64,000 nucleotides of DNA from Octopus bimaculoides (Eukaryota): assembly GCF_001194135.2 (NCBI RefSeq), contig NC_068982.1, positions 154,072,919 through 154,136,918 of the forward strand, written 5' to 3'. The position numbers were made by a program, and so were the translations under genes. The notes below the pieces were generated by a model. That model was not told the DNA's origin. It made no database searches and saw only the letters and a program-made list of their open reading frames with translations. This document shows, piece after piece, positions 39,044 through 51,145 of this stretch. The number at the start of each line of letters is the position of its first letter. Positions within the stretch are counted from its first letter, which is position 1.

Positions 39044-39394
39044 NNNNNNNNNNNNNNNNNNNNNNNNNNNNNNNNNNNNNNNNNNNNNNNNNNNNNNNNN
39101 NNNNNNNNNNNNNNNNNNNNNNNNNNNNNNNNNNNNNNNNNNNNNNNNNNNNNNNNNNNNNNNNNNNNNNNNNNNNNNNNNNNNNNNNNNNNNNNNNNNN
39201 NNNNNNNNNNNNNNNNNNNNNNNNNNNNNNNNNNNNNNNNNNNNNNNNNNNNNNNNNNNNNNNNNNNNTGGGAAGTATAAAATATAACAGTAATTACATA
39301 AAAGAAGCATGTAGACCGAAGAATTAGAACAAGCTACTCGTTAACCAACGTTATTATTGTTATTGTTTGTTTTGTATTTTTATATTCTTTTCTA

Positions 39395-39605
39395 CTCTAG
39401 GCACAAGACACGAAATTTTTGAGGAGGGGGGGGGGCCAATCGATTAGATCGACCTCAGTATGCAACTGGTACTTAATTTATCGACTCCGAAAGGATGAAA
39501 GGCAAAGTCGACCTCGACGGAATTTGAGCTCAGAACATAAAAACAGACGAAATACCGCGAAGCATTTCGCCCGGCGTGCTAACGCTTCTGCCAGCTTGTC
39601 GCTTT
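39395..39605 (-). mobile_element. Family-A SINE copy
   Basis: ggcacaagacacgaaatttt...gaaaggcaaagtcgacctcg...gtgctaacgcttctgccagc. Confidence 0.9.
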
Positions 39606-40669
39606 TGTATTTTTATATTCTAACAATCAACTGATTTTACACTTTTTACTCACAAGATGACTACAAACTAAACAGTAACAAGGTACATTTGTTGTGCTTT
39701 TTTCTTTTTCATTTCTTGTGTTTTGCTTTGGCGGAGTTTTTTTTTAGGAGTTTTCTTTTTTATATATCACGGCAAAGATCCCTAACATTAAAAATTCTTT
39801 CATTAAAATAGTGGCAAATATTTTCAAGCATAAGTACCAGCCACGAAAGTTAACTGATTTGTTGAAAAAAAAAAATTAACAATTGATTCGTGCAAACCGA
39901 CTCCATCCTAGTCGTACATTTTCTATGATAATGGTATATCACTAGAATATAAATTACATCATTGTGCAGAGTAGGCATTGTTCAATACTATCACTATCAT
40001 GCTAAGGAAAAATACCAGCTAATAAAACTCAGAGGCTTAAGGCCAATGTATAGCGATTAAAGAAGAGTAGAACAGTCCCAGTGACATCGGCTCCCAGTAA
40101 ACTCGTTAATTCTGATACAAGGTTACGTTTTGTCAGGGATATAGCTGGCTGTAGGACATGGTTAGTGCACCACTGTAATTACCTTTTTAATATTTTATGC
40201 TTCTTCTGTTTTGCCCAACAGTCGAACAAATGCCAGTGTTATTAATGGTTAAATTGTACATTTGAATATCTAACATATCAAATTATACTGAATACTTAAG
40301 GCATGGGAACATGATTTTGCAGCAATAAGGAATAATGAAATTCAACATGCAACTTCACCTTCGCCTATCTCCAATACACGGGGTTGAAGGAGTCGGCAGC
40401 CATGAACACGACCACATTCAACCTAACCTCACAATATCTCGTTTCAACCTTTACAAAACCATTCAGTGGTCACACCCACTTCCTGGATTTCATCGATTCA
40501 AACAGAGAAAACATTCTTATTGTGTAGTATACTGTCAATTATTGTATACTTTATAGTAAATATTGTTTTATTTGTCCGTTTGTTTTGTGTTTGGATTTTG
40601 ATTAGGTTTTATTGGGTTCTTTATATTTTTTTATATGAGAACTGAATAAAGTATACATACATAATAAAT

Positions 40670-40822
40670 GCCAGTTCTGAGTTCAAATGACACCTTGGTC
40701 GACTTTGCTTTTCATCTTTTGAGAACGATAAAATATGTACCAGTCAGGAACTGGGGTCGATATAATCGACTAAGTCACTCCCCAAAGTTTCAGGCCTTGT
40801 GCCTATAGTAGAAAGGATTATC
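40670..40822 (+). mobile_element. Family-A SINE, 5'-truncated
   Basis: ttctgagttcaaat...gtcgactttgc...caggccttgtgcctatagtagaaaggatta. Confidence 0.85.
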
Positions 40823-41892
40823 GTAATTGTAACAGTTATCTTATGGTATTTACAAATCTGCTTTACACGAGTGTATATTTAATTAACACCATGACTCTTG
40901 CTTAGCCTTTACACACACACACACACACACACACGCACCCACCGTCTTTAATACTCTTGAAGTTAACTAATAGTTCCAATTAAGGATGCCGTTATTTTAT
41001 ATACTACCACAGATTTCGTATCCGTATTCTTGCTTTACTCCAGTCTTCGTGTTCGATCTTCCAGCTTTCTAATTTCTACTCTAGCATATGTGATTTAGCT
41101 CCCCTTTTAAAGTCCTTTGTTTTACTTTCTCTTTCTCTATCTCTCTCCCTATCTTTCTCTCTCTCCCTCCTTCTCATTCGTGTTTTCTCTCTCTATCATT
41201 TCATTAATCCTGTTTTTCCGCTTCTCTTTATTTTCTCCCTCTCTCTCCACCTCCTCCCTCTTTCTCTCCCTCTCCCTCCACTATTAACAAAACCAAACTT
41301 ATCACAGGTTTTGAGACCACGTAATAGTTCCCTTTTTTATCTAAAGCAGATTCGGTTTAATTTCAGTAAGTCTCCTTTTTTCCTGACTATATAATCCTCA
41401 CAAAAATCAGATGAAAAAAGTCAAAATCGGTTGAATATAGAAAGGAATAGAGTGGAGGGAGCGAAAGAGAGAAATAACTGGATGATATTAATGAAATACT
41501 TCTGGTGTAAAGGCATTGCTCTGTTTGACTGATCTTTAGTAAATACTACGAGATTATAGGAAATGTAATTAATTAGGGGAATATTTAGTGAACGCCAGAT
41601 CTCAAGAAGCTTAAAATTTGATCAAAGTTTTGGATAGTGATAAAAGGTGGAAAAGCTACTTTACGATTCATTTACACAATACAAGGAAAGATACTCATTA
41701 TGTGATACAGAAATGAACAAAAATAAATGAACTGATGTTATCATAGTATTCATCGAGACTAATTATACTTTTCATGATAAAAATATAAAGCCTGTGTATT
41801 TTCTATACTAAAAAAGTTAATCCACCTATATAACCTGAAATAGACATCACTAGATTAACAATGCCTGTAGAATTGTCCAGAATAATCTAGAG

Positions 41893-42043
41893 CAGTCATA
41901 GGTAAACTGCAACCCGCAGGATTTTGTTAATGGCACACCAACGAGAAATTACCTTGAATTTTTTTAGTTATGTGACTGGCCTGAATTTTTTTAGTAGGAT
42001 GGTTTCACGCGACCTGCTTCGCGAAAAATGTTGCCCATGCTTG
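41893..42043. mobile_element. hAT (Charlie-type) MITE
   Basis: Termini CAGTCATAGGTAA / TTGCCCATGCTTG; perfect 8-bp TSD atctagag (41885-41892, 42044-42051). Confidence 0.8.
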
Positions 42044-42369
42044 ATCTAGAGACTGCTGTTTTTTTAATGTAGAATTTGCAGACATCTCTCTCTTTCATAA
42101 CTCAGTAACATCAGATATTCATCATGTGACAATCTTTTGATGAGAAACTTTATAAGTTAGTCATAGAATCAATAATACAAAAATAAGGGTTAAGGTTAAC
42201 GCCAAAACAAAGGTACTAAAAGACTTTGGAAAACTTTATTCTCAGATATCATCATCTAAAACTGGGATAGAATTTTATAATTTGGGAAATTAGAGAGGTC
42301 TTTAAAGAATCAACTCTAAATCTTGCGTCTTTTAAACCCAGTGACACTGTATGGAGCTGAATGTTGGAT

Positions 42370-42540
42370 ACTACTTTCTACTCTAGCACAAGGCCTGAAA
42401 TTTTTAGAGGAGAATCTAATCGATTACATTGACCCCAGTGCTCAATCCCGAAAGAATGAAAGGTAAAGTTGACCTCGACGGGATTTGAACTCAGAACGTC
42501 CGGTGCGGCGTGGTGACGATTTTGCCAGCTCGCCGCTTTT
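42370..42540 (-). mobile_element. Family-A SINE copy
   Basis: gcacaaggcctgaaatt...gaatgaaaggtaaagttgacctcg...ccagctcgccgc. Confidence 0.85.
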
Positions 42541-43186
42541 CAGTGTTGAATAATAAACAAGTACATGATGAGAAATATTCATTCCATCACTACCAGCTGC
42601 TGCATCACGTCAACAGTTGTGTAGCAATGACGGTTCGTTCTTGAAAAAGGTCACACCATACATAAAATCCCTTGGTCTGTAACTACTGCAGGCGACTTCA
42701 ACATAATGTACATAAGACATCTTAAAAGCCTCACTAACATAATGTAGACAAACTGAAAGATGTCGGACAAGGCTGGTTAATGCGGTGTAACACCATGGTT
42801 GAGTGATTTTCAAAATAGAATAGAATAGAATTTGAGCAAATGAAAGGAAATATATTTTCAATAACAAGATAATTCGAGTTGAACCAAAGTTTACGCGAAG
42901 ACAAAATCTGAACATCTATTTGATCGAAAATTACAACCGAACTTCTAACATATTGCCAGAGAGTATTAAATAACCAGTACAGTCTTTAATAAAAGTAGTA
43001 ATAATGGTGATAATTAACAAAAGATATAAATGGGCAGAAAACATTTATTTACTCCCACTTTCAATTAATGTCTTCTAGCCATTTATTTTTATAGTTAATT
43101 TAAGCACATACGAATTCAGGAAAGATCAAGGCCAGGCTAGGGAGTAATTAATGTTAATAATATGGACATTGATATAAGTTAATGCT

Positions 43187-43680
43187 AAGGCGGCGAACTG
43201 GCTGAATCGTTAGCACTCCGTCAGTTACGACGACGAGGGTTCCAGTTGATCCGATCCGAGCGCACCACAGACACATGTACCCTTAACGTAGTTCTCAGGA
43301 AGATTCATCGTGACACAGAGTGTAGCAAGGCTGGCTCTTTAAAATTCAAGAACTACTCACTGGAATTACGTGAAGCAAAGTGTCTTGCTCAAAGACACAA
43401 TGCGTCGCCGGGAATTGAACTCAAGACCTTATGATCGTGAGCCGAATACCCTAACCACTAAACCATACGCTTTAACACATAATCGTTAGCACGCTGGGCA
43501 AAATGCTTAGCAGCACTTCGTCCATCATTATGTTCTGAGTTCAAATTCCGCCAAGGTCAACTTTGCCTTTCGTCCTTTCGGGGTCGATAAAATAAGTATT
43601 AGTTGAACACTGGGATCAACGTGATCGACTTAACCCTCCCCCGAAATTGCTGGTGTTGTGCTAAAATTTTAAACTAATAT
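43187..43680 (+). mobile_element. Family-A SINE interrupted by an antisense family-B SINE (43217-43480)
   Basis: The A head stops at aatcgttagcac (43205-43216) and resumes at the same 12-mer (43481-43492); the insert matches the SINE at 61169-61556. Confidence 0.8.
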
Positions 43681-44597
43681 ACGTTATTGCTGCTCTAGAA
43701 GTACGAATAAGACAGAAAAACTATATCAATATATATCATAAGCATTATTTGATTTATCTAATTACTTGTGTAATAAGTAATTAGATAAATCAAATTATGT
43801 AATAACAGATAGCAGTGTAAGTTATAATAACCGTAGAAGCTGTAATAGTAATTATAATAACGGATGTTCATAAGAAATTAGAAAAGAAGAAACTATTATA
43901 TCAAAATGTGTGTAAATAAGGCCACAAAAAAAAAATATTGATAAGCATTTTGTCCGACGTGCAAACACTTCAATCAGCTGGCCACATTATATAGAAACAC
44001 TAATATATTTCAAATGTAGGCACACTAAAAGAAAGCATGGCTATTCAAACCGAAGTCATAAAAGCAAGAATATTTTCAGAAATTACATTTCAGATAAGTC
44101 TTGCAGGTGTAAAACTACAGTAAGATGCGATTCAACAAGTTAAAGAAGGGGCCTCTACACACCTGCTCGACTTGTTACAAATAACAGTCAAATTTTCTAT
44201 TATTATTTACTACTAGTTTCAAAAAAAAATGACACATTGATATATTACCTGAAAATAAAATGAGAGAACTACAGGTAAAACTTCTTCGGTCATAAATCAT
44301 GCGGACCAGCATCTGTATATAACAAAGTTTGATAGGGAGCTAAATACATCACTTTGAGTGTGGTGTATTCAATTAAAATAGGGAGAAAGGTGTGATGCTA
44401 ATAGTGATGAAGTATCGAAATATTAACTAAAATAGCAATCAAAATAATAAAATGCCTTCGAAGTTCATTAGAAACAACTAGAATACTAAAAAAAGGATCC
44501 CAGCGCGATCCTGAATAAAATTATTATATAGCGATCTGGAACCAGTTGTAATTCAGTCCCAAAGATAGGGAAATGATAATAATAAATAGTAATAATA

Positions 44598-45440
44598 ATG
44601 CTTTCTACTATAGGTACAAGGCCAGCAATTTTAGTGGGAAGGAGTGAGTCGATTACGTCGATCTCGAACTGTTACTTAGCTTATCGATTTCGAAAAGATG
44701 GAGGGCAAAGTCAACCTCGGTGGAATTTGAACTCAGAACGTAAAGCCGTAAAAAATACCACTGAACATTTTGTCTGGCGTGCTAGCGATTCTGCAAGTTT
44801 ACCGCTTTAATAACAATTATTTCAAATTTTTGCCACAAGGGCCGCTTGGGGGAAATGAAGATGAGTCGATTACATCGACCCCAGTATTCGGCTAGTAGTT
44901 ATTTTATCGACCCTGAAAGGATGAAAGGCAAAGTCGACTTCGGCGGAATTTGAACTCAGGACGTAGCGACGGGCGAAATACCACTAAGCATTTAGTCCAG
45001 CGTGCTAACGATTCTTATTTCTTTATTGCCCACAAGGGGCTAAACATAGACGCTAAACAAGGACAGACAAATTGATTAAGTCGATTACATCGATCCCAGT
45101 GTTCAAGTGGTACTTAATTTATCGACCCCGAAAGGATGAAAGGCAAAGTCGACCTCGTCGGAATTTGAACTCAGAACGTAACGGCAGACGAAATACCGCT
45201 AAGCATTTCGTCCAGTGTGCTAACTATTCTGCCAGCTCGCCGCCTTAATAATAACAATATCCTTCCTACAACATGCAGAAGACCTGAAATTTAGCGGGAG
45301 AGGCGGATACTCCATTACACCAAGCCTGCCAAGCGCTCAATCGGTACTTATTTCATCGATACCGAATGGATGAAATGCAACGTCAACCTCAGTGAAATTT
45401 AAACTCGGAACGTAAAGTCGGACGAAATGCCGCTGAATAA
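44598..45440 (-). mobile_element. Stack of four co-oriented family-A SINEs
   Basis: Copies at about 44598-44810, 44820-45015, 45015-45248 (long tail) and 45255-45440. Confidence 0.9.
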
Positions 45441-45763
45441 TAACCTAATACTTAAATTAATTTGCTGCAAAAAAAAAGGGTTCATTTAACAAATAATTTT
45501 TCTGATATTTCTCTAGAAATATCTTTTTGTCAAAACAGTTTACCATCCAATTGTAACCTTAGTACTCATTTGATTCATTGATTAGTTGTAGATCTTGGAT
45601 CAACGCTTTTCCAAGTAAATCTACAGCATCAGTCTTGGAATTATAAATAGTAATTTACAAGATTCGAAAAACTCTGTAGTTCACTCCCTTGTTTATTATT
45701 TCCCTTGTCTAATAGTATTAAGAGTAGTCTCCCTTACATCGGCAAATAATAATTTTGCTTTAC

Positions 45764-45905
45764 CGGGTGCAGATAAGATTTTGTTCTTTAAATTTATGTG
45801 CAATAAGTTATACTTCAACAATACGCAGAATATTTTAACTATTCTTTTTATAGTATTCTTAATAACATTAGATATTTTAAACATCGAATAGCCATGAAGA
45901 TCCAC
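45764..45905 (-). CDS. Candidate 142-nt exon (or 168 nt using the donor at 45737) of an unidentified gene
   Basis: TTCTTATTTTCTTCAG acceptor; CCG|GTAAAG or GAT|GTAAGG donor; VDLHGYSMFKISNVIK...KILSAP. AT-rich codon composition lowers confidence. Confidence 0.28.
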
Positions 45906-46746
45906 CTGAAGAAAATAAGAATCATAGGGAGAACCACAACATAGAAGATGGATTTTCTTCTAATGTCAACGATGCATAAAAAAAACTCAGATACACGCAC
46001 ATAGTATATATTTTCACAAGAGCAACTTTTGATCTTTTGCTATTGTTTTACTGGTATAGTTATACTTGGAGTGGTCATATTTTACCAATCAAACACACGC
46101 ACTAATTGGCAAAATATGACCATCTCCAAATATGACAATATGTTTCAAAAACATGACTTCACATCAAGAATCTTGTAAAACAAATACACAATCGTAATAT
46201 ACTGATATTGCTGTGCTAAATTTTTTTTTATCCTGCTTTCCCAGTCTCCCCGGTTAGATTTGAACTCACAATTTTCAAGCCAATAAGCTGTGGAGTCACC
46301 ATCAACGTTGCTGCAGCTCTCCTTCGGTAATTTATACTTGACGAATAAGGGACATAAACTGCTGTCCTCAAGTGTTTTTTACCATGATGTTGATTCATTT
46401 AAAATCATAATAGAATTTCCAGGTACTCTTCCAATGTGCTTAACTCTCTCATATTGTTTCAGTGGGATATTAAAAAAAGACCATGGCACTTTTGAATCCT
46501 GAGCTAGTGCAGTATCTGGTCCTAACTCTTTGACATTACGAAGTAGGTCCCCAGTTCAGAAATCTGAATATCTCACACAAAACTTGGAGCTAATTTCTCG
46601 ATCTTTCACACGCATCCACACACACACACATATATATATATCCTGTGTGCTTGTATGTCTGCATATACCACTTCGTGAATATATACTTTTGTAAAACTAT
46701 GAATCTTTGAATCGCAAGCAATTGCAGAGACTTAACGCTACATGGA

Positions 46747-46782
<36 letters not shown>

Positions 46783-47002
46783 AGAGAGAGAGATAAAGAT
46801 AGACAGGCAGTCCCTTATTTCTATTTTTCACATCACATTACCTTTTTAATGTGCCCTCTATACTGTAAAGCTATATATCTTTTCTCTATCACTCCTCTCT
46901 TACTTTTTTCCCCTTCCCATTTACTGACTGTCCGACTTCTTTTCCACTTGCTAACTGACAACTGGATTTTTGTCATTCCACCCCCAACTTACCGCCGATC
47001 AA

Positions 47003-48343
47003 CAGGGGTGGNNNNNNNNNNNNNNNNNNNNNNNNNNNNNNNNNNNNNNNNNNNNNNNNNNNNNNNNNNNNNNNNNNNNNNNNNNNNNNNNNNNNNNNNN
47101 NNNNNNNNNNNNNNNNNNNNNNNNNNNNNNNNNNNNNNNNNNNNNNNNNNNNNNNNNNNNNNAAAATTGCTGTTTCTTTTCAGATATCATCAGAAAAAGG
47201 TAATTAAAATTCATTAAAATGACAGATCTATCGGACTTTCAAAGAAGTCAAATTGTTGGTGCTCGTATGGCAGGCGCTAGTGTAACGAAAACAGCCGAAA
47301 TGTTTGGTGTATCAAGAAGTACTGTCTCGAAAGTAATGATAGCCTTTGAGAAAGAGGGAAAAACCTCTTCGTCGAAACAAAACTCCAGAAGAAAACCAAA
47401 ACTTTCAGATAGGGACCGTCGGACTCTTACACGAATTGTTAGAAAGGATCACAAAAGTACAGCTCCCAAAATTACTGCAGAGCTTAATGACCACCTTGAG
47501 AACCCAGTTTCCACAAAAACTGTTCACCGGGAGCTGCACAAAGCTGAATTTCACGGGAGAGCTGCAATTAGAAAACTACTACTTTCAAAAACAAACATTG
47601 CAAAGCGTTTAGAGTGGAGTAAAAACCTATAGAATTGGTCCCTAGAACAGTGGAAGAATGTTATTTTCTCGGTCGAGTCATCCTCTACCTTATTTCTGAC
47701 CACCAGCTGAGTATACGTGTGGAGACAGCCAGAAGCATTTGACCCAGACTGCTTTCTTCCAACTGTTAATCATGGAGGAGGATTTGTGATGATCGTGGTA
47801 GTGGTGGGGGCTATATCTTGGAAATCCGCCGGCCCAATGGTTTTCCTTCATGGCAAAATTAATAGTCAAGACTATTTAAGCATTTTGTCTAATCAAATTT
47901 ATCCTATGGCTATGGAATTGTTTCCGGAGGGAAACGCAATCTTTCAAGATGATAATGCACCAATCCATACAGCTAAAGTGTCGATGAAAGACATAAAAGA
48001 TAGAGATGAATAAAATTAACAGGGTTCAATCAAAGACAGAGAACATTCTAGTGAAGTTGAACATCTTATCTGGCCACCATAGTCCCCAGATCTCAATATT
48101 ATTGAACAGTTATGGTGCATTTTAGAAAAACAAGGAGTCGATATCTTCCACCATCATCACAAGAACTGGAGACTGTTTTAGCTGAAGAATGGACAAAAAT
48201 TCCTTTGGAAACAATTCAAATTTTGTACGAGTCCATAGCTCGTAGAATTCAAGCTGTAATTACTGCCAAAGGCGGTCCTACTCCATATTAAAATAAATAT
48301 GTTTGAAATTTTAAGGTGTTTCCATTATTTTGTCCAACCCCTG
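47003..48343 (+). mobile_element. Tc1-like DNA transposon, near full length, inactivated transposase
   Basis: TIRs CAGGGGTGG... / ...CCAACCCCTG-TA; HTH ORF 47219-47632; VIFSVES (first D lost), FQDDNAPIH, SPDLNIIEQLW; stops and frameshifts. Confidence 0.93.
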
Positions 48344-48967
48344 TATATATTTATCTAATCCACCTCTGTAATATTTCCTTTCAATCTCTTCTACATTATT
48401 CAATCTGCAGTTCTCTCTCTCGCTTTTTGGGGGGGAGAAGGGTCCCTTCCATATTCCTATAACATGATAGAAAGAGGAAAATGGTACACAGTAAAATGAG
48501 AGACGTGACTTAATTTTTATATTGATAAAACGTTTCATCATCGTAACTATTCTACATCTGCTTTCCACACCGCCAAAGTTTGGACAGGTCGTCATAGCTT
48601 CAGTCATTTCTTATGAGAAGCTACTGTTCTTAAAAACTGATGCTCATACGTTATTTCAGCTTGATTTCTACAGTTGGATGTCCTTCCTAATGCCAACCAC
48701 TTTACAGAGTGTACTTTAGTATTGGTCCAATGATTCTCATTGCACTTATTAGTAAAGCTAAATAAATATTAGCAAGGAAGGACTAACGGGACCTTACAAC
48801 CTTACATTTGCCCCATGTTTTTCAGTCACTTTACAGAATGTACTGAGTGTATTTCCATGGCACCAGCACCAGAAAGACAGCCTCGTTCACCATTTACCTG
48901 TAGAGGTGAGTATGGTAGGTTGTCACAGCACTAGCAGTAGTACGTTTTCAGTAACCTAAGGCATGTA

Positions 48968-49425
48968 CGAGGAGCTACCCAAAAGTAACTGGAAACGTGC
49001 TCTGTGGGACAAGCCCATTGTAGTTCAGGCTTCCACCGCTAGAAGCCACTTGATGTCACCCTCAGACATCAGTCTGCCGACCGGCGGCTGGATTAGTAGT
49101 ACTGCCACGTGTTGTGTCCTTGGTTTGTAGTACTTCTTCCCTGTTCGTCGATCTCTACGAAGGCTGAAATGAAGGAACAGCATGCTTCCATGAAATTCTG
49201 TTTTCAACTGGGGAAAACGGCGGCCGAAACAGTTCTCATGCTTCAAACAGCTTACAAGGTCGCTGCCATGAGCAAAACACAAGTTTATGAGTGGTTTTCA
49301 TGCTTTAGGAATAGTCACTTGTCACTTGAAGACCAACCTTTTTCAGGACATCCCGAACGAATGAAAATTCATGAACTGATCTTGGAGGACTGTCGCCAAA
49401 CAATTGACGGACTTGTTGATATGAG
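48968..49425 (+). mobile_element. 5' part of a mariner element
   Basis: TA-CGAGG...AAAAGT terminus; EQHASMKFCFQLGKTAAETVLMLQTAY...VYEWF...EDQPFSGHP. Confidence 0.88.
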
Positions 49426-50558
49426 TAGTACAGGCTTTAAAAGAGACTGTACTACACACTAATATATATAATATAAAGAGAACGTTTATTAAAATTGTCT
49501 TCAAACAAAATGCTTCAGTGACAACCCAGTCTGGTTTAATCTTGGTATGTAAATGATACTTATTTTATTGACTAGAATATTAAAGTTGACAGAAAAGGCA
49601 TCTGAATTCAAGAAGAGTTAGAAAAGGAATATCATAGTATGTCGTAGATATTTCTTTTCTGTTAAACCACATTATCTTGTCATTAACATACATACATGCA
49701 CACACGCAACTAAAGAACTTTAGAGAAGTGAAGCATTAAATATAAACCAGACAATACATAATTTATTGTTGCTGACTATTATCAATAGAAGATCAAATCC
49801 ACTCTACCTAAATACTATAAGTGTAGGGTTGCAGGTTCAGTGCTCTACATCTTGTCTTGTTTTTATTACATTTTGTTTTGTTTTGTGATTCAAGAACCAT
49901 CTAAGTATAGGTGACGACATCTATGATCAATCAACTAATTGGTGTTACCAAATAAGTTTTATAATAAACTTTAGATAACACACAAAATCCCCATTAGTTT
50001 TCCCTTTGACTCTTCAATAGAACAATTCTTGTAATCCCTATAATTAAGATTCATTTGGATTTTCATTTGTCCCACATTTTCAAACTATAACCAAGCTTTT
50101 CAGCATCTACCTTACCCCTTCAATAGAGGTTTATGAACCACTTTAGTCTCCTAATTGTCAACTCACTCTAGTACCAGTTTAAAATGAGATTTGCTACTTC
50201 TTTCAGAGATAACTAAAGAAACTGCAGCTGTAATGCATCATGTTGTTGTATGTTGTTCAGTGTTACCATGTGCATGAAATGAACTTATAGTTACTCAAGA
50301 CATAACCCACTTTTAGGAGCAGCATTTTTTATTCAATGTTTGGTCATGTCTTCAAGGAAATAACAAGACATATGTAGACTGAGTTTTTCCTTCAAATCCC
50401 ATCTTCATGAGAGTTGATGGCTAACAAGTCTTCGTTAAATTAATTGGAATTATGAAAAAGTACATATTCTTCTAAAAACTTGAAGAAAGCTGAAGACATT
50501 GTTAGTTGAGATATTATATAGAAAATAAGCAAAGTGACATTCTGTCAGAATTTTCTGG

Positions 50559-50775
50559 TCAACATGTAGCAATCTTATATATAACACATCACACTCAATG
50601 TGAATGAGTCCTGCATCCACCACATCACACTTATTCAACATGTAGCAACCTCACATTCTCCACATCACACTAGTTCAACATGTAGCAACCTCACATTCCC
50701 TTTGTCACACTCGTTCAGCCTGTAGCAATTTCCCATTCACTACATCATATTTGGTCAACAATGAGTCTTACATTC
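50559..50775. repeat. Degenerate 40-bp minisatellite (about 6 units) 3' of aph-1
   Basis: tcaacatgtagcaa-type unit starts at 50559, (50595), 50635, 50675, 50715, 50755. Confidence 0.85.
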
Positions 50776-50968
50776 AGCACATTTACTCTTGTGTATTTTA
50801 CAGCCAGTCAACTGAATAGTGGTGTCAATGAAAGACATAAAAGATAGAGATGAATAAAATTAACAGGGTTCAATCAAAGACAAAGAATAATTTTTGTTGT
50901 TTTTCGTTTTGTTTTGGAGGGAAGGGAGTGTTATTGTTTTGTTTGTTTGTTCATTTATTATGTTGTTT

Positions 50969-51145
50969 TCAGTCCGTCTCATGCCTGCCTTTACTGCAAC
51001 GCAATGCCAATGGCAAATATTTCAGTGAGCCACCTGATAAACAGAATGCAAGAGCTCCAGTTATAAACATGGTCAAGTAAGCCACTACTATAGTTATTAC
51101 ATACTGGGTTGAAATATGTTCACGACTTAAACCATTCAGGTATGT
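50969..51145 (-). CDS. aph-1: aph-1 coding exon 6 (177 nt incl. TGA)
   Basis: Acceptor TTTCTCTTTCAG; encodes TYLNGLSREHISTQYVITIVVAYLTMFITGALAFCLSGGSLKYLPLALRCSKGRHETD*; an AATAAA follows at about 50958-50953. Confidence 0.93.
   Translation of the reverse strand, partial: TYLNGLSREHISTQYVITIVVAYLTMFITGALAFCLSGGSLKYLPLALRCSKGRHETD

Noticed and set aside
46360-46540. 59-codon minus-strand open frame TGDLLRNVKELGPD...ILNESTSW
   Set aside because: No ATG-led or well-spliced context, unrecognised; could be an old TE scrap.
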